Assembly: GCF_011386835.1 (NCBI RefSeq)
Contig: NC_088797.1
Location: 116,188,001-116,252,000 of the forward strand
Direction: 5' to 3'
Length of the DNA stretch: 64,000 nucleotides
Source: Chrysemys picta bellii
Taxonomy: Eukaryota
The notes under the pieces are model-generated. The model did not search any database. It was not told the origin of the DNA and saw nothing but the letters and a program-made list of their open reading frames with translations. A program made the position numbers and the translations under genes. This document shows positions 1 to 11,296 of the stretch, piece after piece; positions within the stretch are counted from its first letter, which is position 1, and every line of letters begins with the position of its first letter.

Positions 1-884
1 ACTGACAGCATGTTCTGACCACTGAGCACAGACAGTAAGAAGAAATAGAAGGGTAGATGTGCCAGTTCTATATTTTATACCCTCAACTCAGAACAGGAAC
101 AGCACCAGGGCCTTTTGTGGGAGCGGATAAGACCGCCAGTAAGGAATTTCCTCTACATTGCCTCCAATCCTAGGGCCCAATCCTACAAACCCTTATCCAT
201 GTGAGTAGTCAAAGAGGTTGCTTGATCAGACCCTTACAATGAATTACATTACTGTACTCTGCATAAATACATAATGAAACCATTTTGCCATTAAACTTCA
301 GATTAACGTTGCTTTGAGCTAACATTCTTTCTAATTGCATAACACAGTTGCCCTAGGGGTGCACTGATTTTTTTACCATCATTTTTACATCATTGTGATT
401 CCCTTATGTGACAGTATGTCTCATTGCTTTGATATGATGTCAATCCACTAAAAAATTAGAGACATCATTAAAAAAAGAATAAGAATTATTGTGTGTGAAG
501 AAGCTGGGAGATGGATGTTGAACCTAAATACAGAATCTTGCCCTTCAAAAACTTTTTTTTGTAAAAATACCATAAAAGGAGACAGTAATGACTAACTGCG
601 GTACCTAATTTTTTTATGTGATGCTAATAAAAGAGAATAAGTCAGCACATCCATAAGCACAGCCATACCTTTCAAACTGCTTCCACTTTTAGCCTCCGTA
701 TTTTTTAACTAAGTGTGGGTTGCATTTTTTTGTTATTTATAATGAATACATTTTGCAGATAGAGCACGAAACACACAAAAGTGTGTTTTGCCAACCTAAA
801 ATTATCTTCACCTTTTAAATAATTTTTGGCCTAACAACTTAATATTTTATGGCCAACGTATTTTTCAATATATTATTCTTGCTT

Positions 885-1340
885 TTATAATTATTTTTGA
901 GTGTCCAAAATGTGCTAAATGCCTCAAAGCAACAAGTATATATATGGTCCCAGCCCACAAGAACATGCAATCCAACTTTAACAAGACTTGAAAATAGGGT
1001 TATAAACATGCAAACGAGCAGGAAAAGTTGAAGAACAAGGGTATCAGTAATAAGATCACATGCTTATTCAGCTCAAAGAGGCATGTACACATCTTGATGG
1101 TCATGTTCCTTTTATTTTCCCCTCTCCCTCCCCTAATTTTTCATAGTCAAGACAGAAAAAGTTAGTTTTTAGGAGGTATCTGAATGAGGTGAGAGGTGGC
1201 TAGCAGAACAGGTTTAGGGATAGCATGGTAAGCATGGGGTAGCATGGAAGAAGGTGCAGATAAGGTCAGAGAGAAGATGATAAACAGGGTATTATGGCTG
1301 AAATCAACACTGGAGTGGAGCCAGGATGGAATGCAGAAGA
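885..1340 (-). mobile_element. Degraded L2-like LINE 3' remnant
   Basis: Purine-rich text (gaaaaagttagtttttaggaggtatctgaatgaggtgagagg...ggggtagcatggaagaagg) resembles the antisense strand of amniote L2 3' regions. Recognised by eye only. Confidence 0.4.
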
Positions 1341-2734
1341 AGACTATCTGCAGTGTATATACTCAATTTATGTTTACCACCATATTCTTCATTCTCTGTC
1401 CTATATTCTCAAGACTGAAGAATGATCTATATTATATACAGCTACAAACAGCCTATAATAGGCTTTCTAGTATCTGGGGAATAGCCAGAGAGATCCCTCA
1501 ACCACACCCCTTACACCAGAGGTCAAGAGTGAGGATGGTACACAAGGTACTACAAGGACCTATACCACCAGAAAATTCCCTTGCATGAGGAGGCTAGGTT
1601 AGGCTGGGTTTAAGGCTACTAGAGCAGTGGCAAAGCAGTTTTGATAGATGTATGAGTCTAGTACAATATCTTCTTTTTCATAGTTATAGAATAGTATTAA
1701 TTGTTGATTTTTTTGTGTCCATATTTAAAACCCAAATAAAATATTTAAATAAAAAACACATAGAAACCTACTATTGTTATACCACATTTATCAACAAAAT
1801 TAAATGGCCAAGATATTAAACCCTGGAAATCAGGGTACAGAATAAACTAAATTATTTTTGCACTCCATTGTTCTTTACAAACTACAATATGGATTCGATC
1901 CTGCAAGGTGTGATCAGCCTGAACTACTGGTGATTTCAGCGCAGATGAGGGCAATTAAGTAATTGCAGCAGTTGCTCACTTCATAGCATTCTACACATAC
2001 CAGACCTCAGCCTTAAAAACATGTCTTTTACCAACAAATTTGTTCTGGAAGTATGCAATTTTGGGATGGAAAGATAGCAAAGTTCAGAATAAACGGTAAG
2101 CTAAAATGTTTTTGGGTTTTGTGCCCACTGAAACTCATGTAAGTGTTAGCTCTTGTATTCATCTTCCACGTCCCCAAATTCACTAAAAAGTGTCCCTGTG
2201 TGCTCCTACATATATCAGTCAGATGTTGAGAAACTAACAAGACTTGTGCTTAACTTTTACATCAATCTCAATGCTTCTCTTTGTTCCATTTCAACCTCCT
2301 GCCTTCTTTGTATGTTTTCTGTTTACACTGTAAATGCCCTGAAGCATGAATTATGTTGTCTTCATACCTGTATGTTACCTTCTTGGCACAACGTTGGTGC
2401 TATAAAACTAAAAACTAACTAGCAATGATACTTCAATGGTTGCCAATAAAAAGTCAAGTTTTACCCAAAGTTACCACAATGTGGTATTCTGAAATCCAGT
2501 TACTTTGCACCCTAAGTGTAAGAAAATCATACAACAACTCAGATGCCACTGTGTGGTAATTGTGGGTAAGTGTTCACTTGTAATGTGGTATAACTGCAAT
2601 AAATTGATACAGAATTAAAAAGGAAAGGAAAACTTCTCAAAAATATCACAAAAGATAATGTACTATATATAAATGTATAGTCAATGTTACAATTAACTGC
2701 TGAAAAAAAATGTTTACTTAATCTTTCTGTCACT

Positions 2735-2799
2735 GACAGGTTTCAGAGTAGCAGCCATGTTAGTCTGTATCCACAAAAAGATGCCACAAGTACTCCTGT
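2735..2799. mobile_element. 65-bp Penelope pLTR micro-insertion with 13-bp TSD
   Basis: Inverted pLTR end (gtttcagagtagcagccatgttagtctgtatccacaaaaaga) plus forward end (tgccacaagtactcctgt), flanked by tctttctgtcact at 2722-2734 and 2800-2812. Confidence 0.85.
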
Positions 2800-3203
2800 T
2801 CTTTCTGTCACTACTATTCTTCGAGATGTGTTGCGCAAGTCCATTACACTGAAGATGCGTGCACACTTTGTGCAATGGTGATGGAGAGTTTTCCCTACCA
2901 AAACATGTACGGGCAGCCCTAGCCATCTTTGAGGCCTCATGCTGCAAAGTGAGTGTATAAAGGCAGAGTCACCCCGCCACGTCTTCTCAAAGAACAACAG
3001 TTATGGAAAGGTATGTAACCATTTTTTCTTCTTTGAGTGCTTCCATATGCTTATTACATTGTAGGTGACTCACCAGCTGCTACCACAGGTGGTGGAGTTC
3101 AGAATCTCATCAGAAGAGGAACTGTAGGACTGCCTTACCTATATTTACATCATCTGTTGATTGTGCAGACAGTGCACGAAATCTGTTGAAAGCATGCAAA
3201 AAA

Positions 3204-5172
3204 GTTTCAGAGTAGCAGCCGTGTTAGTCTGTATCCGCAAAAAGAAGAACAGGAGGACTTGTGGCACCTTAGAGACTAACAAATTTATTAGAGCATAAGC
3301 TTTCGTGGACTACAGCCCACTTCTTCGGATGCATATAGAATGGAACATATATTGAGGAGATATATATACACACAGACAGAGAGCATAAACAGGTGGGAGT
3401 TGTCTTACCACCTCTGAGAGGCCAATTAATTAAGAGAAAACAAACTTTTGAAGTGATAATCAAGCTAGCTCAGTACAGACAGTTAGATAACAAGTGTGAG
3501 AATACTTACAAGGGGAGATAGATTCAATGTTTGTAATGGCTCAGCCATTCCCAGTCTTTATTCAAACCGGAGTTGATTGTGTCTAGTTTGCATATCAATT
3601 CTAGCTCAGCAGTTTCTCGTTGGAGTCTGTTTTTGAAGTTTTTCTGTTGTAATATAGCCACCCGCAGGTCTGTCACTGAATGACCAGACAGGTTAAAGTG
3701 TTCTCCCACTGGTTTTTGAGTATTTTGATTCCTGATGTCAGATTTGTGTCCATTAATTCTTTTGCGTAGAGACTGTCCGGTTTGGCCAATGTACATGGCA
3801 GAGGGGCATTGCTGGCACATGATGGCATATATCACATTGGTAGATGTGCAGGTGAACGAGCCCCTGATGGTATGGCTGATGTGATTAGGTCCTATGATGA
3901 TGTCACTGGAATAGATATGTGGACAGAGTTGGCATCGGGGTTTGTTACAAAGATAGGTTCCTGGGTTAGTGGTTTTGTTCAGTGATGTGTGGTTGCTGGT
4001 GAGTATTTGCTTTAGGTTCGGGGGTTGTCTGTAAGCGAGGACAGGTCTGTCTCCCAAGATCTGTGAGAGTAAAGGATCATCTTTCAGGATAGGTTGTAGA
4101 TCTCTGATGATGCGCTGGAGAGGTTTTAGTTGGGGGCTGAAGGTGACAGCTAGTGGTGTTCTGTTATTTTCTTTGTTGGGCCTGTCTTGTAGGAGGTGAC
4201 TTCTGGGTACTCGTCTGGCTCTGTCAATCTGTTTTTTCACTTCAGCAGGTGGGTATTGTAGTTTTAAGAATGCTTGATAGAGATCTTGTAGGTGCTTGTC
4301 TCTATCCGAGGGATTGGAGCAAATGCGGTTATATCTTAGGGCTTGGCTGTAGACAATGGATCGTGTGGTGTGTCCTGGATGGAAGCTGGAGGCATGTAGG
4401 TAAGTGTAGCGGTCAGTAGGTTTCCGATATAGGGTGGTATTTATGTGACCATCGCTTATTAGCACAGTAGTGTCCAGGAAATGGACCGCTTGTGTGGATT
4501 GATCTAGGCTGAGGTTGATGGTGGGATGGAAATTATTGAAATCATGGTGAAATTCCTCAAGGGCTTCTTTTCCATGGGTCCAGATGATGAAGATGTCATC
4601 AATGTAGCGCAAGTAGAGTAGGGGCGTTAGGGGACGAGAGCTAAGGAAGCGTTGTTCTAAGTCAGCCATAAAAATGTTGGCATATTGTGGGGCCATGCGG
4701 GTACCCATAGCAGTGCCGCTGACTTGAAGGTATATATTGTCCCCAAATGTGAAATAGTTGTGGGTGAGGACAAAATCACAAAGTTCAGCCACCAGGTTAG
4801 CTGTGACATTATCAGGGATACTGTTCCTGATAGCTTGTAGTCCATCTTTGTGTGGAATATTGGTGTAGAGGGCTTCTACGTCCATAGTGGCCAGGATGGT
4901 GTTTTCTGGGAGATCACCGATGGATTGTAGTTTCCTCAGGAAGTCAGTGGTGTCTCGAAGATAGCTGGGAGTGCTGGTAGCGTAGGGTCTGAGGAGAGAG
5001 TCTACATAACCAGACAAGCCTGATGTTAGGGTGCCAATGCCTGAGATGATGGGGCGTCCAGGATATCCAGGTTTATGGATCTTGGGTAGCAAATAGAATA
5101 CCCCTGGTCGGGGTTCTAGGCATGTGTCTGTACAGATTTGTTCCTGTGCAGGATGGTGTAGTTTCTTTAGGT
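3204..5172 (-). mobile_element. Penelope-like retroelement, 5'-truncated, with 3' pLTR
   Basis: pLTR at 3204-3335 is near-identical to the copy at 46.3 kb and closely related to the 57.3 kb copy. It is followed by the RT/GIY-YIG ORF and is inserted in DIRS copy A. Confidence 0.95.
3293..3332 (-). ncRNA. Minimal type-I hammerhead ribozyme-like motif in Penelope pLTR
   Basis: Minus strand GCAU-CCGAAGA-A-GUGGGCU-GU-AGUCCAC-GAA-AGCU-U-AUGC. Stem I is GCAU/AUGC; the core is a CUGANGA variant (U4>C); stem II is 7 bp; GAAA is present; helix III is reduced to palindromic AGCU. Minimal hammerheads in PLE pLTRs are established. Confidence 0.65.
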
Positions 5173-5191
5173 GCTGGACTGACAAGCCCAA
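3524..5191 (-). CDS. Penelope RT + GIY-YIG endonuclease (N-terminally truncated open frame)
   Basis: FYLLPKIHKP..GRPII, GTAMGTRMAPQYANIFM, YLRYIDDIF and C-terminal NVIYAIMCQQC...YIGQTGQSLRKRINGH. No stops over about 550 codons. The first few residues come from flanking DNA. Confidence 0.93.
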   Translation of the reverse strand: MGLSVQHLKKLHHPAQEQICTDTCLEPRPGVFYLLPKIHKPGYPGRPIISGIGTLTSGLSGYVDSLLRPYATSTPSYLRDTTDFLRKLQSIGDLPENTILATMDVEALYTNIPHKDGLQAIRNSIPDNVTANLVAELCDFVLTHNYFTFGDNIYLQVSGTAMGTRMAPQYANIFMADLEQRFLSSRPLTPLLYLRYIDDIFIIWTHGKEALEEFHHDFNNFHPTINLSLDQSTQAVHFLDTTVLISDGHINTTLYRKPTDRYTYLHASSFHPGHTTRSIVYSQALRYNRICSNPSDRDKHLQDLYQAFLKLQYPPAEVKKQIDRARRVPRSHLLQDRPNKENNRTPLAVTFSPQLKPLQRIIRDLQPILKDDPLLSQILGDRPVLAYRQPPNLKQILTSNHTSLNKTTNPGTYLCNKPRCQLCPHIYSSDIIIGPNHISHTIRGSFTCTSTNVIYAIMCQQCPSAMYIGQTGQSLRKRINGHKSDIRNQNTQKPVGEHFNLSGHSVTDLRVAILQQKNFKNRLQRETAELELICKLDTINSGLNKDWEWLSHYKH

Positions 5192-6350
5192 AGAAAATGT
5201 GACAACTTGTCCCAGAGAGATGGAGAAGGGTCTATAAGTTACAGGTTGAATAGAACACTGTCCTCAAAAAGAATCAAAACGGCTGCTTGGAGGCTCGTGG
5301 CTGCCAAGAAGAAGACAGCGAGGAAGTAAAGGGCATGGACATCTTCCGATGTGACCTTCACACCACCACATGGACTGGTCAAGCTGCCAGAAAGCATAAT
5401 ATTGTTGTCTGAGCTGGTACTTCAGACAATATTTCATCCTCCTTGTCATAGGCACATCGAGGCCTAAGGACTTGAGCACTCTCCTTGAGTCCTTTAGTGT
5501 GTGCAGAGCCTCATCTGTCTTACAGTACAAGGCACAGCCCTCAAAAGTGGGTACTCAATAGTGTGTGTTGCACCTCCACAGGAATCCCAGAGGCCAGCAA
5601 CCAGGATGCTCTATGCATAGTCATCGCTATCACCTTGGCCCTAGCTGCAGAACCCACTGCAGCCAAAGAAGCCTGTAAAGCTGAACAAGACACAAGGCAT
5701 TCCTCTGCAACACGTGACTGGAACTGCTCCCTGGAATCCTATGGTAGTTTACTAGCAAACTGGGATATTGCTTCCCAGTTTGAAAAGTCATACTAAGACA
5801 GCAGAGCACTACTCATAAAGTCAAGCTTCTTGGCATCTTTATTCTTAGGGGTAACCTTAGCTCTGACCTGTCAGCTCCTCTCATTCCCTCCAGCCACCAC
5901 TAATGACCTAGGTGTGGGATGTAAATAAAACTGCTGAACCCCAGGAAATGGAACCTGATCTTTTTGTTTCATTCTTGTAGCAATTAGTGGAATGGAGGAG
6001 GAATGGAGGAAGGGGTTTGCCGGATTGTTTTGGCTGGCTGCATAATGGCCTTATTTATGGGCAAGGCAACCTTCCCTGTCCCAGTGGGATTTAGAATGTC
6101 AATGAGCTTGTGCATATTGTCTTCCATTAGTGCTATTTGAATACCCAGGGAGGCTGCCATTCTTTTGAGGAGCTCCTGGTGCACCTTAAAGTCATCTGGG
6201 ACAGGGATGGTAGCCTCTAATAACAGCTCCTCATCAGGAGACAAGGATGCCTGCAGGGGCGACAGCCTCTGATACAAAGTCCTCATCAGGCAATAAGGAG
6301 GATGCCTGCATGGGAGACAAGAGAGAAAAAATCCTTTCTGATGTTTCTGT

Positions 6351-7384
6351 TGTGACAACTATGAATTTACTTGAATTGTGAGCTGAACTGTGCAAAATAT
6401 GTAGAAGTTCAGAAGATATTACAATAACCCATAACAAATGATGATGGGAAAAGACATGAAAGGGAGACAAAACAACTGAATTCATCTAAACCAAAAAGGC
6501 CACGTTGACATAATTCAAAGACTGTATTAAAATTATGCTAGTTAAATAACAGGAGATGTGGAGCCAGAAGTTAATGAGCCAAAATTGGTAGTCAGAAAAT
6601 TAGGCCTAACTGGTGGATAAAATAATGAAGGGCTGGACTATTGCACCCATCACTCCCTTTTTGGGTCTTTAGAAGAAAGAGATTTTGTGGGGAAAGGACA
6701 ACAAGGAAAACAGATGGAAAGAACTGACAGAGGCTACTGGAGCAAGCTTCACTATCATGGCTGCCATCCCCACCATTTCCTGGGACCCTGGACCTTCATC
6801 ACCCTGATCCTGAGAGGTGACCTGACCAAAATAGGCCAGAGAGAGGGGACCCAGATGACATCATCATACTTACCAGCTCCAGCTGGATCACAACCACCAC
6901 CTGGGATAACAGTTATCATCATCTTTGATTCCATCTAAGTCAAGAGACAGTCAAACAAGGGGGCTTTACCTTCTCAGACTGGACTTTAACTACAACAGTA
7001 GCAAGGATATCTCCAGACCATCTCAACTAACTTCTTCTCTTTTCCCAAAAAAGGACAGTTACCATAATCTTTGATACCATGTCAAACAAAAGGTTTTTTT
7101 TTTTCCTTCTAAAAAACTGTCTACAGCTAAAGGAAAAGGGAACAAGAGATGTTAAAATGAAAACCTTAATTAATACTTTACATTCCAAATGCTTTAATTA
7201 TTTTTCCTTCTTTTTTGTATCTTTAACAAAGGGTTAAAAGGATTTTTAACAACATGTTTGCCATGGTGCTAAGAAGGCTAAGGTCTTTGTATACCAAGCC
7301 CCATAGCTTGTTTAACACTGTTTAATGGACAGCAACTAACTTATGTTAACACTTTAGCCCATATATTCCAACTAAGTTAATACA
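6351..7384. mobile_element. Probable solo LTR inserted in DIRS copy A
   Basis: About 1 kb interrupting DIRS gag. Begins tgtgaca and ends ...aataca; non-coding with LTR-like composition. No TSD found. Confidence 0.4.
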
Positions 7385-7448
7385 ATAGGTCTATCAGTAT
7401 TGGCAGGAGAAGGCTCCCTCCTGGAAGATCAACCTGTGTGAGGGAGTA

Positions 7449-7545
7449 GCTCCTGGCTTGAAGTAGTTTCCATTATATACAAGGTTTAAGGTTTGGTTCA
7501 ATGGTTCTCAGGACCCCCACTATGCAAACTGTTCCAGAGCCCCCG
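7449..7545. mobile_element. Truncated hAT-type MITE (same family as 29730-29841)
   Basis: Shares cctggcttgaagtag...cccactat...aaactgttcca with the TSD-bounded copy at 29.7 kb. Confidence 0.5.
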
Positions 7546-8040
7546 GGGAGTGGTGAAGTAGATCTGGATGTTGAAGACAAACTCCAAGCCATCCAAGAGG
7601 GCCACTGCGGGGGCTGGTACAGTACTGGGCCACAGGCACATCTGACCCGACCATCTCTAACAGATGTCCTCTTGGAATCATGCCGACAAGTGTGGGAACA
7701 GGAACAGAAAGGCGCTCTAGAATCTCAGTACCAGGATACCTGAATCTGACAAGGAGTCAGAATATTTCAAGAGCCAGGGTGGTATGGTACCAGGAGGGGT
7801 CCTCAGAGATTGCAATCTGGATATGTACCAACATGATACCAGAGGAAGTATAACAGGTTTCTTAGCTGCTGGTATCATTTGGTATGGAGGACCTGGTTCT
7901 GGCCCAGAAGATAAGTCAGGAGTTGGCACCGGGGCTGAGGTGGGCAGTACTCTAATACAGTGCTCCAGTGCCCATGATCTTGACTGCTGCACTAATACCG
8001 GACAAGAGTCCTCAATCTGCAGAAAGGGGGAGGGCAGTAC

Positions 8041-8163
8041 TAGGGTGACCTGACGGCAAATGTGAAAAATTGGGATGGGGGTGGGGGGTAATAGGAGCCT
8101 ATATAAGAAAAAGACCCAAAAATTGGGACTGTCCCTATAAAATTGGGACATCTGGTCACCCTA
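8041..8163. mobile_element. hAT MITE, 123 bp
   Basis: TIRs tagggtgacc / ggtcacccta. Perfect 8-bp TSD ggcagtac at 8033-8040 and 8164-8171. A second copy lies in the opposite orientation at 39327-39451. Confidence 0.9.
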
Positions 8164-10084
8164 GGCAGTACTGTCAGGCATAGTAAATCTTTGGCCACTG
8201 CACAGGCCTCCAGCATGATCAGCACCAATATGGGCTGTTGATTCACAGAAATTAAGGATGACTGCTCTGTCACAGCTGACAAAATAGCTAATCTTGATGG
8301 TCCTGGAATTGATGGCTCGGGTCTGACTGTATAAGCTGGTACCAGGCAGCAGTGAGCCAAAAGGCATGCTCTACCATAGGTCCTGGATTGGCCTTCTGTG
8401 GAGGAGTCCTAGGCTGGGACTTCAAAAAACGAGACAGCAACTTTTTCTTATGCTTCTGTGGTAAGGACTGTTCAGAAGCCCTAGATTTAGAAGATGGTCC
8501 CAGTGATCAGGAACTCCTCCGGCACAGCTCTGCCAGTAAGGCTGGAAGAATCTCTGAGGAACTTCCTTTCAGTGACCAAGAGGGTTCCAATGTTGGTCTC
8601 AGGGCTGCCTCCCTGAGAATGTATCAGAGGCACTCTTTGTTTCTTTGTCCTAGTCTTGAACCCATGACAGATGGACTTAATCTGACCCTCACCCAGGCAC
8701 TAAAGACAGTGCAAATGAGTGTCATTAACAAGCACAGACTTTCTGAAGCCCACACACAGCTTGAACCCCAGGGTCCTTGGCACTGGTCCTCCTGGTACTG
8801 GGTAGGGCCCAGAGGCCTTCTAAGTGAAACTCAAAGCAAGAGTATAAGAAGTTAAAAGAAAACTAAAACCACAATGAAAATAATAAAGATTTTTGAGTGT
8901 CAAGGGCAAAAGAGTAAAAGTTAGGTAAGTAGCTCACAAGAAACACTAATGCTCCAACCACAGAGGTGAAAAGGAACTGAGGGAAGGGCAGAGAAACTGC
9001 CCTTTATACCCTCATTTCACAGCATGAGTTGCTTCGCAATTGGCAGGGCCACTGCCTGGGTACCACTAGGAAAAGCTCTCTGGAATCAGTGCTGACAAGG
9101 CATGCAGACACCTACGGTGTAATGGACATACACAAGCACTCACAAAAAAGAATTTGTTCTTGCCTTCTGGACACACATACATACCAAAAGTGAACAATGC
9201 ACATAGATAAACTTGAAAAATAATAAGCACTAGCGAATTTCCCAAGATAAGCCATGATGTGTATCATTGATTAAGATTGGCCCTTCACACTTATTCTTTC
9301 CTTAACTGCCATCAGTAATGCCCATGAATCTTTCAATAGTCCTATACACATTAACACAAATACACTGGGTTGAGCCACAGTACATTTTTCAATAGTAGAA
9401 TTCCATATTTTATATACACCCACTTTTATTTATTTATAAATAAATAGTGTACATGAAATAAAGACTAAATATGGAGATAATTTTATAGAAGTGGAAGCAA
9501 AAGACAGTGCTACATTGCATTAACTAGTTAGGGTAATTCTTTAGCATTATAATGCCCCAAATTATTATAATTTAACAAAAAATAGCTATAGAACCTTGGA
9601 AGTCTTATTAAAAAGCTCTCTCATCTGTATTAAAAAAAATCACTAATGCTTGCATTGTATTACTGAATGTTCCTTCAAATAAAGAGACTATGATATTATT
9701 TTCCTTTCATAAGCTAGTGGAAAAAGCCTTAAGCTATGGATGATGACAATAAGATAGTATTATGAATTTGGTCGCTTAAAAATAGATAAAAAGGGAGAAA
9801 AAATTCTTCTTGTAATGTTGCCAAATTGCCATAAGCTAGTGGCATTTAAAATACAGATTCGGCAGTCAAATCAAACTCACACGTTTCTTAACATTTCCAA
9901 CAAGCTGACCCGAGAGCAAACCTTCTGTCCTTTAAATGAAGCCAGTAATGCCCAGGGCAAATATTAAATTGGAGGAATAAAATGTTCAGATATAGAACTT
10001 GATCTTGAAACAGCTCTAAGGTGAAAAACTCAAAGGTCAGTTTGTGCATAGAACACACAAGCAGCATTAATAAATTACAGTAAA

Positions 10085-10144
10085 CTTGAGGGACAGACTG
10101 ACAAATAGAAGCTTCTTGAGGGACAGAGTGACAAATAGAAGCTT
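10085..10144. repeat. 30-bp tandem duplication (2 copies)
   Basis: cttgagggacagactgacaaatagaagctt followed by cttgagggacagagtgacaaatagaagctt (1 mismatch). Confidence 0.95.
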
Positions 10145-11296
10145 CAAGCCTACAAACAGAATATTAATTTAACTGAGGTATCTATTAGCACATGCTTAAG
10201 TGCTATCCTGAATCAGGGCAACATTGTACACAACACCCATATCAAAGCACATGGAGCAAAATTTCACCCTGAACATATTTGGCACATAATTATATCATCA
10301 TACTATGTGCAATCAATTTTAAATACTGTATAAGTACACCATGAATTATATTAATATATTTTTTTTAATCGAGTTGATATCTTCATCAGTGGTGTAACTC
10401 CCTCAAACTGATCATTTTGCTGAATTAATTTATCACCTATAAATTACAACCATGAAGATTAATAGACATTATTAAGGCATCAACTGGAGACTCAAAATCA
10501 CACAGCAGCCAATGGTCTTGATATGGCTGGGGCTCTGATATTTTAAATCTAACACTAAGAAGGACAGTCCTAGCCTCTCTCATTACAGCACCACAGAAGT
10601 TTCTTTTAAACAGCAACACCAGTCTCCCGCCAATGAAAGGACACGCACACCAAGGTGATGGGCAGTACTCTCACACCTGTAAGACTGCTGGCTGAGTGCA
10701 CTGCACAGTCAGTCTTATTGTCAGGACTTATCTCATCTACACTCCATCACAGATACAAGCAGGAGTGGAAAATAATCCAGGCTGTGAGAGTGGTTAGAGA
10801 GGGCAGTCAGCCAGTGAGCCCCAAGCAGTAGCAATACTTCACAACAGCCATCCCTCCCCTTCTCTCTAATATGACGAGAGGACCACAGTTTACTAGTCCT
10901 TTGCAGTAGGCTTACAAATCCAGGATTCTTAGAAAGAAGAAAAATTCTCTGTGGACGATCACCTTCACCTGCTTAAAGCTGCACTGGGCAGAATAGTGTG
11001 GTGATGGTTCAAGACATGATCAATTGTGCTTCAGATGGAGTTACAGATGCAGTCAACTGCACTGGAGCCAAAGGACAGAAATGCGGTCAGCTGTTCTTTG
11101 GGGGAAAGATGGGTGTGGGAAAATGGAGAAATAAGAATGTAACAGGAAAGAGGGGGAGGACCCCATGCTCCCATCACCCTCCCTGCACGTCTACGCCAGA
11201 AAGGTGAAAGAGGAAGATACTGAGTGTGACTGAGCTCACTGTTGTCATCATCCTGAACAAACCATTATTAATATCTATATTACCGTAGGCCTTAAT

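Larger units (their letters stand above)
2711..9152 (-). mobile_element. DIRS1-type YR retrotransposon copy A (internally deleted, with nested insertions)
   Basis: 3' terminus at about 2711 next to an A-tract. ICR-like junction at about 2985-3070 (gaacaacagttatggaaaggtatgtaaccattttttcttctttgagtgc). YR remnant at about 5200-5530; gag remnants at 5560-6350 (PDDFKVHQELLKRMAASLGI) and 8600-8790 (PGFKLCVG...HLHCL*CLGE). 5' terminus at about 9110-9152 is complementary to the ICR. Confidence 0.8.

Noticed and set aside
1244-1588. 114-aa ORF and the many other 60-170 aa ORFs in the track (e.g. 8352-8855, 11584-11973, 13792-14067, 27963-28271)
   Set aside because: No recognisable motifs or splice-consistent structure; most are alternative or antisense frames of TE remnants.
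10085-10144. 30-bp direct repeat as a CRISPR-like array
   Set aside because: Two abutting copies, no spacers, no cas genes, eukaryotic context.
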